Positions 25,563-38,734 of a DNA stretch of 64,000 nucleotides are shown piece by piece; positions within the stretch are counted from its first letter, which is position 1, and the number at the start of each line of letters is the position of its first letter. Made by a program: the position numbers and the translations under genes. The DNA lies in assembly GCF_963921235.1 (NCBI RefSeq), contig NC_086102.1:68138001-68202000 (forward strand), given 5' to 3'. Source of the stretch: Mobula hypostoma (taxonomy: Eukaryota). The notes under the pieces are model-generated. The model was not told where the DNA came from and searched no databases. It saw only the letters and a list, made by a program, of their open reading frames with translations.

Positions 25563-25897
25563 TATAGATAAAGTAAATGCAAGCAGGCTTTTTCCACTGA
25601 GGTTTGGTTAGATTAGAGCTGGAGGTCTTGGGTTAAGGATGAAAGGTGAAATGTTTATGGAGAACATGAGGGGAACCTCACTCGAGGGTCATGACAGTGT
25701 GGAATGAGCTGCCAGCTGAAGTGGTGGATGCTGGTTCGATCTCAACATTTTAAGAGAAGTTTGGATAGGTACGTGGATGGAAGAGGAATGGAGACTATGG
25801 TCTGGGTGCAGGTTGATGAGACTAAACAGATTAATAGTTCAGCATGGACTAGATTAGCCAAAGGGCCTGTTTCTGTGCTATAGTGTTCTTTGACTCT
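25563..25897 (+). mobile_element. Old CR1 fragment, 3' part
   Basis: Continues the CR1 broken at 19616; 3'UTR aagggcctgtttctgtgcta. Confidence 0.8.
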
Positions 25898-27061
25898 GAG
25901 TCAAATAAATCAAAGATCATTCCAATAAGCTAAATAACATTTGCTACATTTTTGAGGAGCAAGCTTTCAGAAAAGCATCAAATTAGTTTTGCGCCAAGAA
26001 CAGCATTGATTTGTCTACGTAGCATATTTCTATCGTAGATGAGTGCTACACACATTCATGCCCTTCCCAATAAGGTAAACAATGGAAATTGAATTCTAAA
26101 TTTCCATCAGCCACCTTGACAACCAAACACCATGTATTATTGAAATTGCAAGGCAAACAAGTTTGTTTATAACTGCTGAAAGGAAACAATTAAGTTGACC
26201 AAGACTTTTTTTAATTGCTCATATTTGTCCCATTCCTAATACCTTCAAGAAGGTGGTAAGTAGCCTCCTTAAACCACAAAATCTTTTGTGACAGAGGTAC
26301 TCCCAATGTATTATTATTCCAAAATAGATATTGATTCTCATGACAGTAAAGGTCATCAAGTATGTTTCTAAGCTCAGGATGATATGCAGATGATAAGAAA
26401 TTTACAGAAGACAGCATACTCATGCCCTTGTTGCAATTGTTTTAGTTAGGAGAGGTCAAGGTTTGGAAAGTATTGTCAAAAAGTCTTCAGCAAAAAAATC
26501 TTTGACATGTTATTGCACAGAATTTTTGCTGGATACAGCAGCTATAATGTGCTATGGGTGGAGAGAATTTAATTAATGCATAGGATTCCAATCAAATAAT
26601 TTGATTTATCCTACGTTACCTTGAGCTTCTTGCTAATTGTTTGGTGATACCTCAGGCCAATGGAGAATTCTCCTTCACACTTCTATCTTGTATGACTGTA
26701 TCATTTAAGCTTTCAGTCAATGCTGAGTCTTAGCTTCACAATGATGAAGGTGTAAAGCTAATGCCATTAATTATCAAGAGGATATCTTGAGATTCTTTCT
26801 GATAGCTATCATTACTGAAATGTGTGCCTCATTTCTGATGCATGCATACTGATATTGATCTAATTTGGCAAACAAAACTATTCTAATATAATGGCCTCCA
26901 TTTTCATGTTTTACAAGCAAAATCATTGATTTTTCTATCACTCAGCTCTCAAAATCACATCATTACACAATCATTTGTGCAATTGTTTTGTAGTGACAAG
27001 GTTTTAAAATCAAAGCGTACAATATCAATAGGCAAATAGGATATGTAACACTCTCAGTATA

Positions 27062-27280
27062 TCAAATTTGAAGACAGAATATAATATTAATGGTAAGGCT
27101 CTTGGCAGTGTGGAGGATCAGCAAGATCTTGGGACCCGTCTCCATAGGATACTCAAAGCTGCTGTGCAAGTTGACAATGTTGTTAAGAAGGAATGTGGTG
27201 TGTTGGCCTTCATCAATCATGGGATTTGAGTTCAAGAGCTGTGAGGTAATGTTAAAGCTATAAACATTTTGAACCAAACA
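27062..27280 (+). mobile_element. Old CR1 ORF2 C-terminal fragment
   Basis: Similar to 10490-10700 (ggcagtgtggaggat..., ttcaagagc..gaggtaatgtt). Confidence 0.7.
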
Positions 27281-27289
27281 TTTTGAAAA

Positions 27290-29408
27290 GCTCAAACAGA
27301 TAAATAGAGGGATAGCTCAAGTGAAGCGGCCAGAGCGTGAGTGGGCCAGTGAAGGAGTGGAGCTTTGAGGCTTTGACTCGAGAGGCTTCGACGAGAAGAG
27401 GCAGAGGACAAGCTAGTTCCCAGTTAGTTTTTACAATATCCCCTGAGACGGTGATGTGCCTCTCATGTGAGATGTGGCAGTCTTGGGGGAACGCCCCTCT
27501 CCCGCAGAGTCACATCTGCCAGAAGTGCATACGGCTGGGCGATCTGGAAGACCGTGTAAGGAATCTGGAGCAGCAGCTGGATGACCTTCGACTCATAAGG
27601 GAGAGTGAGGCAGTCATAGATGAGAGCTACAGGGAGGTAGTCACACCTAGGCTGTCGGAAGCAGGTCGTTGGGTGACAGTCAGAGGGGGGAAAGCGAAGG
27701 TGAGCAGACAGGTAGTGCAGAGCACCCCTGTAGCCATTCCCCTGAATAATAAGTTAACCGTCCTGGATACTGTCGGCAGGGACGACCGACCAGGTGTGAG
27801 CCACGGTGGCAGGGCCTCCGGCACTGAGTCTGACCCTGTGGTGCAGAAGGGTGGGACGGAGAAGAGGAGAGCTGTCGTCATTGGAGAATCTATAGTCAGG
27901 GGAGCAGACAGGAGATTTTGTGGACGTGAGAAGGACACCTGCATGGCTTGTTGCCTCCCGGGTGCCAGGGTCCGGGATGTCTCTGACCGGGTGCACGACA
28001 TCCTGGTATGAGAGGGAAAGCAACCAGAAGTCGTGATACATGTTGGGACCAACGACATAGGCAGGAAGAGGGATGAGGTCCTGAAGTGTGAGTTTCGGGA
28101 ATTAGGCAGAAGGTTGAAGAACAGGACCTCAAGGGTGACGTTCTCAGGATTGCTGCCAGTGCTACGTGACAGAGATGGTAAGAATTGGAGGAGATGGCAG
28201 TTGAATGCGTGGCTGAGGAGTTGGTGCAGGGAGCAGGGTTTTAGATTTTTAGATCATTGGGATCTCTTCTGGGGAAGGTGGGACCTGTACAGATTGGATG
28301 GGTTGCACCTGAGCTCGAGGGGGAGCAATATTCTTGCAGGTAGGTTTGCTAGCATGATTCGGGAGGGTTTGAACTAATTTGCGAGGGGGATGGGACCCAG
28401 AGCGATAGAGCAGTGAAAGAAGTGCATGGAGTAAAGCCAGATCTAACATACAGAGAGGCTTTGAGGAAAGAGAAGCAGAATAAATGGTGTAAAGACAGTA
28501 AGGTAGAACGGCTGAAATGTGTGTACCTCAATGCAAGAAGCATCAGGAACAAAGGTGATGAACTGAGAGCTTGGATAAATGCATGGAATTATGATGTAGT
28601 GGCTATTACAGAGACTTGGCTGGCACCAGGGCAGGAATGGATTCTCAATATTCCTGGATTTCAGTGCTTTAAAAGGGATAGAGAGGGCGGAAAAAGGGGA
28701 GGAGGGGTGGCATTACTGGTCAGGGATACTATTACAGCTACAGAAAGGGTGGATAATGTAGCAGGATCCTCTTTTGAGTCAATATGGGTGGAAGTCAGGA
28801 ACAGGAAGGGAGCAGTTACTCTACTGGGGGTATTCTATAGCCCCCCTGGTAGCAGCAGAGATACAGAGGAGCAGATTGGGTGGCAGATTTTGGAAAGGTG
28901 CAAAAATAACAGGGTTGTTATCATGGGTGACTTTAACTTCCCTAATATTGATTGGCACCTGATTAGTTCCAAGGGTTTAGATGGGGCAGAATTTGTTAAG
29001 TGTGTCGAGGATGGATTCCTGTCACAGTATGTGGACAGGCCGACCAGGGGGAATGCCATACTAGATCTAGTACTAGGTAATGAACCGGGTCAGGTCACAG
29101 ATCTCTCAGTGGGTGAGCATCTGGGGGATAGTGACCACCGCTCCCTGGCCTTTATAATTATCATGGAAAAGGATAGAATCAAAGAGGACAAGAAAATTTT
29201 TAATTGGGGAAAGGCAAATTATGAGGCTATAAGGCTAGAACTTGCGGGTGTGAATTGGGATGATGTTTTTGCAGGGAAATGTACTATGGACATGTGGTCG
29301 ATGTTTAGAGATCTCTTGCGGGATGTTAGGGATAAATTTGTCCCGGTGAAGAAGATAAAGAACGGTAGGGTGAAGGAACCATGGGTGACAAGTGAGGTGG
29401 AAAATCTA
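27290..29408 (+). mobile_element. CR1 5' half: 5'UTR, ORF1 (Zn finger plus SGNH esterase, one stop at 28009-28011) and ORF2 APE endonuclease, cut off by Penelope
   Basis: CLSC..CQKC, VIGESIVR, HVGTND, DGLH; YLNARSIRNK, AITETWL, MGDFN, ILDLVL, GDSDH. Confidence 0.92.
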
Positions 29409-30385
29409 AACAACAGGAATTCTGCAGATGCTGGAAATTCAAGCAACACACATCAAAGTTGCTGGTGAACGCAGCAGGCCAAGCAGCATCTATAGGAAGA
29501 GGCGCAGTCGACGTTTCAGGCCGAGACCCTTCGTCAGGACTAACTGAAGGAAGAGTGAGTAAGGGATTTGAAAGCTGGAGGGGGAGGGGGAGATGCAAAA
29601 TGATAGGAGAAGACAGGAGGGGGAGGGATAGAGCCGAGAGCTGGACAGGTGATAGGCAAAAGGGGATACGAGAGGATCATGGGACAGGAGGTCCGGGAAG
29701 AAAGACGGGGGGGGGTGACCCAGAGGATGGGCAAGAGGTATATTCAGAGGGACAGAGGGAGAAAAAGGAGAGTGAGAGAAAGAATGTGTGCATAAAAATA
29801 AGTAACAGATGGGGTACGAGGGGGAGGTGGGGCCTAGCGGAAGTTAGAGAAGTCAATGTTCATGCCATCAGGTTGGAGGCTACCCAGACGGAATATAAGG
29901 TGTTGTTCCTCCAACCTGAGTGTGGCTTCATCTTTACAGTAGAGGAGGCCGTGGATAGACATGTCAGAATGGGAATGGGATGTGGAATTAAAATGTGTGG
30001 CCACTGGGAGATCCTGCTTTCTCTGGCGGACAGAGCGTAGATGTTCAGCAAAGCGGTCTCCCAGTCTGCGTCGGGTCTCACCAATATATAAAAGGCCACA
30101 TCGGGAGCACCGGACGCAGTATATCACCCCAGTCGACTCACAGGTGAAGTGATGCCTCACCTGGAAGGACTGTTTGGGGCCCTGAATGGTGGTAAGGGAG
30201 GAAGTGTAAGGGCATGTGTAGCACTTGTTCCGCTTACACGGATAAGTGCCAGGAGGGAGATCAGTGGGGAGGGATGGGGGGGACGAATGGACAAGGGAGT
30301 TGTGTAGGGAGCGATCCCTGCGGAATGCAGAGGGGGGGGAGGGAAAGATGTGCTTAGTGGTGGGATCCCGTTGGAGGTGGCGGAA
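29409..30385 (-). mobile_element. 5'-truncated young Penelope copy (GIY-YIG plus 3' terminus)
   Basis: Near-identical to about 6900-7882 in reverse complement; VIYCVRCSRCGLLYIGET. Confidence 0.93.
29506..29541 (-). ncRNA. Minimal hammerhead ribozyme in the second young Penelope copy
   Basis: Exact reverse complement of 7753-7788. Confidence 0.85.
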
Positions 30386-30467
30386 TGGAGCTTAGAAAAA
30401 TAGAGGGCTATGTGATGGGGAAATTATAAGTAGTTTCTAGAGTAGGTTACAGTAGGTTCTAGAGTAG

Positions 30468-33400
30468 GTTGAGCGCGAACAGCTTAAAAAGAGGAAGAAA
30501 GTCGCAGACTTTTTCTCTTCGGATCAAGAAGACAGTGGTAAGAGGCTAAGGATTTCCAGCGAGAAGACATTTTATTTCTCGGAGTAGGAAAGAGGCCAGA
30601 CTGCGCAGGCGCGTGACGTCAGCCAGTTGAGCGCGAACAGTTTAACAAGTAAACCACCATATCCAGCGGGCAGCGTTGGAGCGGGCTGCAGAGTGAGAGG
30701 GTGCAGAGTGAAAGGGCTTTGGCTCAATGGGCTTCGGCGGAGACGGGAAGAGGCTTCCTGCGCCCTTTGAGTCTCATAGTAACGGAGTAAGTTACAGTTT
30801 TTTGGTATTTAGTACAAACAGTAGCACCAGAGGTATGCATCTAGGATTAGTGTTGTGCTTGAAGTGCCAGATGTGGGGACCCTGGGAGACTCCCAGCCTC
30901 CCCAAGGATTACATCTGCACCAGGTGCACTGAGATGAGGCTCCTGAAGGACCGTGTTAAGGAGCTGGAGATGGAAATTGATGACCTTCGGCTAATTAGGG
31001 AAAGTGAGGAGGTGATAGATACTACCTATAGAGAGGTAGTGGATAGCACCCCTGTGACAGTCCCCCTCAGAAATCGATATATCGTTTTGGATACTGCTGA
31101 AGAGGCAGACCTGACAGAGGAGGACCACAGTGAACGAGACTCTGGCATTCTGCCCAGTGCCGAAATCAAGAGAGCAGAAGAAATGCGGTAGTTATAGGGG
31201 ATTCCATCGTAAGGGGGACGGACAAGAGATTCTGCGAGCTGGACGAGGATACCCAGATGGTGTGTTGCCTCCCTGGTGCCCAGGTACAGGATGTCTCAGA
31301 TTGAGTCCGAGTATTCTGAGGAGAGAGGCGGAGCAGCCAGAAGTCTTGGTACATGTTGGTACCAATGACATAGACAGAAAAAGAGAGGAGGTCCTGAAGA
31401 AAGATTACTGGGAGCTATGAAGAAAATTGAAAAGCCGGACCTCCAGAGTAGTAATATCAGGATTGCTGCCTGAGCTGCGCACTAATAATGGTAAGAATAG
31501 CAGAATTAAGCAGATGAATGTGTGGCTAAGTAACTGGTGCAGGGGGCAGGGCTTCAAACTCTTGAATCATTGGGATCTATTTTAGGGAAGGTATGACTTA
31601 TACAAAAAAGATGGATTACACCTGAACTCAAAAGGTCCTAATATCCTGGCGGGATTGTTTAATATAGCTGTTAGGGAGGGTTTAAACTAAGTTGGCAAGG
31701 GGAAGGAAACCAAGGTGTTAGCGTCGAGGAAAAGGGAAATAGAACTAAGTCAAAAATACTGTGCAGCAAAGATGGCAAGAAGGACAGGCCGGAGAATATA
31801 AAGGATAATTTGCTGCAAAATAGAAATATAGCAAAATCAGCAACAGATACTGATCTAAATATACTGTACTTAAATGCACGTAGCATTAGAAATAAAGTGG
31901 ATGACCTTGCTGCACAGCTGCAGGTTAAAAGATATGACATTGTGGCCATCACCGAGTCATGGCTAAATGATGGATGTGATCGGGAGCTGAATATCCAAGG
32001 ATACACAGTGTATAGGAAAGATAGGAAGGTAGGTAAAGTGGGTGGCGTGGCCCTGATGGTAAGTAACGATATCAAATCAATAGAAAGAAGGGACATAGGA
32101 TCAGAAGAGGTAGAATCTTTATGGGTAGAATTAAGAAATGGCAAGGGTAAAAAGACACTATTAGCAGTTATATACAGGCCTCCAAACAGCAGCCGGGATG
32201 TGGACTACAAGTTACAGCTGGAAATAGAAAAAGCATGTCAGAAGGAAAATGTCAAGATAATTATGGGGGATTTTAATATGAAAGTGGATTGGGAAAGTCA
32301 GGAAAGTAAAGGATCTCAGGAGAGAGAGTTTGTGGAATGCCTACAGGATGGCTTTTTGGAGCACCTTGTCCAGAAGCCCACCAGGGGACCGGCAGTTTTG
32401 GATTGGGTGCCGTGTAACGAACCTTAGGCGATTGGGGAGCTGGAGGTAAAGGAACCCCTTGGAAGTAGTGATCATAATATGATTGAGTTCAGTTTCAAAT
32501 TTGAAAAGGAGAAGCTCGTATCAGGTGTATCGATATTTCAGTGGAACAGGGGAAATTACAGTGGTATGAGAGAGGAACTGGCCCAAGTCGATTGAAAAAG
32601 TAAGCTAAATGGAGGGACGGCAGAGCAGAATTGGATGAAACTCCTACAAGAAATAAGGAAAATGCAGGAAAAATATATTCCAAGGAAAACGAAAATCATG
32701 AATGGAAAAATGGCACAAATGTGGCTAACGAGAGAGGTTAAGGCAAAAATAAAAGCAAAAGAATCGGCGTACAAGGAAGCAAAAATTAGTGGGAAAAATG
32801 AGGACTGGAAGACTTTTTAAAAACTTACAGAAGGAAACTAAGAAAGTCATTAGGAAAGAAAAGATGAATTATGAAAGGAAGTTGACGATTAACATAAAAA
32901 AGGATACTGAGTTTTTTTTTAAATATATGAAGAGTAAAAGAGTGACGAGGGTAGATACAGGACTGATTGAAAATGATGCTGGAGAAATTATAATGGATGG
33001 TACAGTCAAGATTACTAGAGAAAAGGTGCTTGGGAAGCTAAGTGGACTAAGAATAGATAAGTCTCCCGGTCCGGATGAGGTGCACCCAAGGGGTCTGAAG
33101 GAGGTGGCTTTGGAGATTGTGGAAGCATTGGAAATTATCTTCCAGGAATCAATAGACTCTGGCATGGTTCCAGAGGACTGGAAGGTCGCAAATGTAGTTC
33201 TGCTATTTAAGAAAGGAAGGAGGCAGCAAAAAGAAAATTACAGACCTATTAGTCTGACATCGGTAGTTGGCAAGATATTGGAGTCAATCCTCAAGCACGA
33301 GGTTATGAAATACCTCGAGGTGCATGACAAGATAGGCCGAAGCCAGCATGGTTTCATGAAGGGAAGATCCTGCCTCACCAACCTACTGGAATTTTTTGAG

Positions 33401-34635
33401 GTAATCTCGAATAAGATTGACAAGGGAGAGGCTGTGGAAGTTGTGTATTTGGATTTTCAAAAGGCATTCAATAAGGTGCCGCATATGAGGCTGCTTAATA
33501 AGATGAGAGCCCATGGAATTACAGGAAAGATATTGAAATGGGTGGAGCATTGGCTGATAGGCAGAAAGCAAAGGATGGGAATAAAGGGATCCTATTCTGA
33601 TTGGTTGCCGGTTACTAGTGGTGTTCCGCAGGTGTTGGTGTTGGGGTCGCTTTTTTTTATGATGTATATCGATGATTTGGATTATGGATTAAATGGTTTT
33701 GTGGCTAAGTTTGCGGATGACACCAAGATAGGTGGAGGAGCGGGAAATGTTGAAGAAACGGAAAGGTTGCAGAGAGACTTAGTTAGTTTAGGAGAGTGGG
33801 CAAAGAAATGGCAGTTGAGATACAACGTTGACAAATGTACGGTTGTACATTTCGGAAGAAGAAATAATCGGGCAGATTATTATTTAGATGGGGAGAAAAT
33901 TCAAAAATTGGAAGTGAAAAGGGACCTGGGGGTCCTCGTGCAGGATACCCTAAAGGTTAACCACCAAGTTGGATCGGCAGTAAGGAAAGCGAATGCTATG
34001 TTGGCATTCATTTCAAGAGGAATAGTGTATAAGAGTAAGGAGGTGTTGATGAGGCTCTATGGGGCATTAGTGAGACCTCATTTGGAATACTGTGGGCAGT
34101 TTTGGGCCCCCTATCTTAGAAAGGATGATCTGATGTTGGAAAGGGTTCAGAGAAAATTTACGAGGCTGATTCCTGGAATGCAGGGGCTAACATATGAGGA
34201 GCGTTTGTCGGCTCTTGGATTGTATTCATTAGAGCATAGAAGAATGAGAGGGGATCTCATAGAAACGTTTCGAATGTTGAAAGGGTTGGACAGGGTGATG
34301 TGGAAAGGTTGTTTCCCTTGGTGGGTGAGTCCAGGACAAGAGGCCATAGTCTTAGAATTAGAGGGTACCCAGTTAAAACAGATGAGGAGAATTTTTTTTA
34401 GCCAGAGGGTCGTGGATTTGTGGAATTCGTTGCCACATACAGCTGTGGAGGCCCGATAAAGGAGGAGATTGACAGGTATCTAATTAGTCAGGGTATCAAG
34501 GGATATGGGGAAAAAGCCGGAAATTGGAACTAGATGGGTGAATAGTTTAGCTCATGGGGGAGCTGTGGAGCAGACTCGATGGGCTGAATGGCCTACTTCT
34601 GCTCCTTTGTCTTGTGATTGTGATATCTTATGATT
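30468..34635 (+). mobile_element. Near full-length CR1 LINE (ORF1 esterase, ORF2 APE plus RT; several stops and frameshifts)
   Basis: CLKC..CTRC, HVGTND, YLNARSIRNK, NYRPISLTS, KFADDTK, 3' tail tcttgtgattgtgat; flanked by GTTACA (30446-30451, 34636-34641) inside another CR1 3'UTR. Confidence 0.92.
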
Positions 34636-35364
34636 GTTACATGGTCAGCAAAACATTGTTGGCCGAAGGGCCAGTAATGTGCTATAGGTTTTCGTTTCTA
34701 TGTGAACCAAAAGATGCTGGAAGTCTGTAGCTAGTCAGATAATATCTTTGCAGTAAGAAACATTTTTGGTCGATAATCTTTCACTAGAACTTGGAAAATC
34801 TGGAAAGAAAGCATGCTTTAATTGCAGATAAGATTTCAGATAAACAGTCTCTTTTGTTTGAATTGGAATTGGCCAGTTCTAATGACAGGCCAGGTTCTGG
34901 AAATGTGACATTTTTTCTTTATCCACATAAATGCTGTCTGTATCCAATGTTCACTTACATTTCATTTTGTCAGCAACTGTAATGTTTTGTACCTGATAAT
35001 TTTATACTTATTTCTCACTCCCTCCTTTCTACCAACTTGATTCTTTGCTCCTGCCTCCCTACACTGTTTTATTTTCCCTCTGTGTTGATCTTTCTAACTT
35101 ACTTTTGTCACTCTTATTCTCTCATTTCATCAATATGTCCCTCCTATCAATGCTTCATACCAATTTTTTTTCATTCTGTAGAGTTTTATGCTTCATGCTC
35201 ACACCTTAGTTCAATGCAGTGAATTGTTACACACACATTGTGAAATATCATTCATTCTCTTCAGGATAGTCTCAGTATAGCAAGGTTTGGATAGAGAAAC
35301 TGCATAGTCATATTGAAGTTGTATCAGTTTAATGGATTTATATCTACTAGTTATATAACAGAGT

Positions 35365-35600
35365 TGAGGAATTTCTTTAGCCAGAGTATAGTGAATCTGT
35401 GGAATTCATTGCCACAGACACCTATAGAGGCTAAATCATTGGGTATATTTAAATCAGAGGCTCCTAATTAATAAGAGCATCAAAAGTTACAAGGAGAAGG
35501 CAGGAGAATGGAGTTGAGTTGATAAATCAGCCATAATGGAATGGCAGAGCAGGCTCGATGGCGGAAAAAGCCCAATTCTGCTGCTTTATCTTATGGGCTA
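35365..35600 (+). mobile_element. CR1 3' tail fragment
   Basis: gaggaatttctttagccagag...tcttatgg. Confidence 0.75.
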
Positions 35601-36178
35601 ATTATCTCAAATTCCAGAAAATAATTGATACACTAAATAGTCTGAAAAATGTAAAATAACAATGAAACTGTTTCAAGCAATATTAATCCTGAACTACTTT
35701 TTATATGATATTCACTTCAAACAATATGCCAAACTGTGAACATTTCCAAACCCCTTCTCATACACTCCTGTTGGTCCTGATATTCATGAAATTTGCAATC
35801 GAATTAGTAACAATACAGGGAAAGAGACTACAAACCATATTCTGGAAATAGAAAATTGAACTGAATATCTTGAATTCGTTTTTGTAAGTAGATAGGAAGG
35901 GTTCAGAAGAATATGCGCTAAACACAGCCAAATGGGACTAGCTTATATAGCATCTTGTTCAGCATGGACAAATTAGTCTGAAGACGTGTTTCCATTCTTT
36001 ATTGCTTTATCACTTTATTAATTACTCTGTTGAAAGTTTTGATTTTGCAATATTATTTAGAGCTTATGAATTTCAATCCCTACAATAAACAGTAAAGAAA
36101 AGAATTATTGTCTTAAAATAATCATTAAAAATATCCATAATAAGCAATGATTTTGAAAGGACAGTTAATTTTGCTTAC

Positions 36179-36313
36179 TTTTTTAACAATAGTAGCATGC
36201 AGTTCACCAACAAACTTAACAGTCATCTTGGGTAGGTAGCTGGGAAGCCGTTCATATAAGTAAGCACACAGCATAAGCATCATGATAGGATTTGGATCTG
36301 AAATATCTGTGGC
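36179..36313 (-). CDS. CFAP47: CFAP47 exon ATDISDPNPIMMLMLCAYLYERLPSYLPKMTVKFVGELHATIVKK
   Basis: AAG acceptor, AAA|gtaagc donor, 135 nt, phase 0-0; ATDI.DPNPI.MLMLC.Y.YERLP.YLPK is highly conserved in CFAP47. Confidence 0.95.
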
Positions 36314-37003
36314 CTTTTTAATTAAGATAAAAAGAACATTACATTTTAACCAAAAAATTACAATTAATATATTAAGAGCTAGTGATAGGTATTCAATTGA
36401 TTACAAATTTATGAACGTCAATTGCACTAAAACATCTTCAAAAATACAGCAATTGGAAAGTTCAGGCTAATTTCATCAAACTAGCAAGATTTAAAAAGAC
36501 ATTTGGTAAAGGAATCAAAGTAGAGAAGAGTACAATGCCAAAAAGGTGAAATAAATAAATGTTATGACCAAAAATCATCAATAAAAGCATTTACAAAGAG
36601 GTTATCAGCACAGAAAACATGAAACAATAACAGAAAGGGAATCCATAATATATTTTCCATAAGAAATAAAAAAACAATTACGAGAGTAAAAGTACTAAGG
36701 AAGAATAGGGTAGAGCCGAATTGATAGAACAAATATGGTTGTCCAAGTGACAAGCAGGCTGCAAGGAAAAAAATCCTGGAAAAAAATGTTCTTGTATTTA
36801 AAAGGCATAGCTATGAAGATTCTACATGTTACATAAAGGAAATACTGTTTACCAAAGTAAGTACAATAATGATGCATTTTGAATTTTATTGATATCTTAA
36901 CTATGACTAATTTTTTTTATCATTACTCTGTACAAGAAGCTATTGATTTAACAGTTCTGTATTCTGGTCAAATTGTGTTTCTATAAAAATAATTTCAGTT
37001 TAC

Positions 37004-37120
37004 CTGTATGTCAAAATCAAGGCCAACAGCGTTAAATGCATTGAGGAGTACCAGGCTATTATGGAGGCATTGCTCAGGACTAGCTGGATATGTGTACATA
37101 TACATCAGATGAGTCAGAAT
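37004..37120 (-). CDS. CFAP47: CFAP47 exon ILTHLMYMYTYPASPEQCLHNSLVLLNAFNAVGLDFDIQ
   Basis: tctttacag acceptor, CAG|gtaaac donor, 117 nt, phase 0-0. Confidence 0.94.
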
Positions 37121-37524
37121 CTGTAAAGAAGACATTTGTTGCATCACTACATAACTGAATATATCTGTGAAGTGATTCTGGATAACAAAGTTTAATATTT
37201 CTTGTAAAATAGAAATTGTTAAGCAGATGGAATACAAGTTTATCAATACTAGAGTATTTTGTTCATTTCTGGTCTCCTCATTATAGGATGAATGTGGAAG
37301 CTTTCGTGACGGTGCAGAGGAGATCTACCAGGATGTTGCCTGGATGTGAGTTTGAAACATTCCTCAAGCAAGTAACCAACAAAATTATATGAGGATATGG
37401 ATCTCAAAAGGAACTTAGACAAAACCACTGATTAAAAATTAATATTAAAAAAGGCAGTTCTGTTTTGCATTAACTCATAAATGGCTTCTGATTAAAGAGA
37501 TACCAACACATTAGCTGAAGTATC

Positions 37525-37931
37525 TATACTCTTTGGAGAGAAGGAGGATGAGAGGAGACATGATAGAGGTGTACAAGATAATGACATGATAGAGCTGTAC
37601 AGGATAATAAGAGGAATAGATAGAGTGGATAGCCAGCACCTCTTCCCCAGGGCGCCACTGCTCAATACAAGAGGACATGGCTTTAAGGTAAGGGGTGGGA
37701 AGTTCAAGGGAGATATTAGAGTCAGGTTTTTTACTCAGAGAGTGGTTGGTGCGTGGAATGCACTGCCTGAGTCAGTGGTGGAGGCAGATACACTAGTGAA
37801 GTTTAAGAGACTACTAGACAGGTATATGGAGGAATCTAAGGTGGGGGCTTATATGGGAGGCAGGGTTTGAGGGTTGGCACAACATTGTGGGCTGAAGGGC
37901 CTGTACTGTGCTGTACTATTTTATGTTCTAT
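37525..37931 (+). mobile_element. CR1 3' fragment with a small internal tandem duplication
   Basis: RGIDRVDSQHLFPRA...TRGHGFKVRGGKF...WNALP; 3'UTR gaagggcctgtactgtgctg. Confidence 0.88.
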
Positions 37932-38734
37932 TAAATGATCCATCTGCAAGAATTACTACGTGTGCATGTACAATATCTTCAAGGTAGCTGTAATTGTGCC
38001 TGCCACAGGAAATTTTCACAGAAACTTTTCCCAAAGACACAAGTGAATCACAGGCCTGCACTAGCCATATGGCAAACACCAAAAGGGCCAGAGATCTCAA
38101 GGGATGGTGGGCTCATCTTTGTGAGAAAAAATATATGACGTAGCCAATGGCAAAATACCAAGCATTCAATCCATTTCAAATAACTACACCCTTTCATTAT
38201 ATCTGGATTTTATGTGTTTTACATAACATGCTGTGTTGCTAAATCACGCAAAGCCTTGTCTTTTGACAAGACTCTGTATGAGATTTGCTGAATAGTCTAA
38301 TTGACTTGGTACTGGATAACGCAAGTTAACATGCATTCTTCTCTTGAACAAGAATAAAATTTATCAGAAATTTAAAATTAAAGTCTTCTGCTACAAAAAC
38401 AAGGACTTTGGTTTTTAAAATCAATTTGTTTGCTTTAAAATCTGAAGTAAGCATTAGAGATTTGGTACAAAGTCAATTTAATTGGCTGAGTTGTTTTACT
38501 GTTGGTTTGATCTGTTTTTCATTTTATGTTGGCTATAAAAAATGTGAATCCATCTTTTGTGGAAACCATTCAATTTCACATGAGATTGATCAAGAACTGC
38601 TGTAAAGTGTACAACATCAAAATTAACAACTAAAACTTACTGTCCACTTAAAGAATTCATCGACTAATAAACAAATCTATGTTTTTAAAGAATTATCAAA
38701 AAATTAAACAGAGTTACTTTATAAAGTCACCTAC

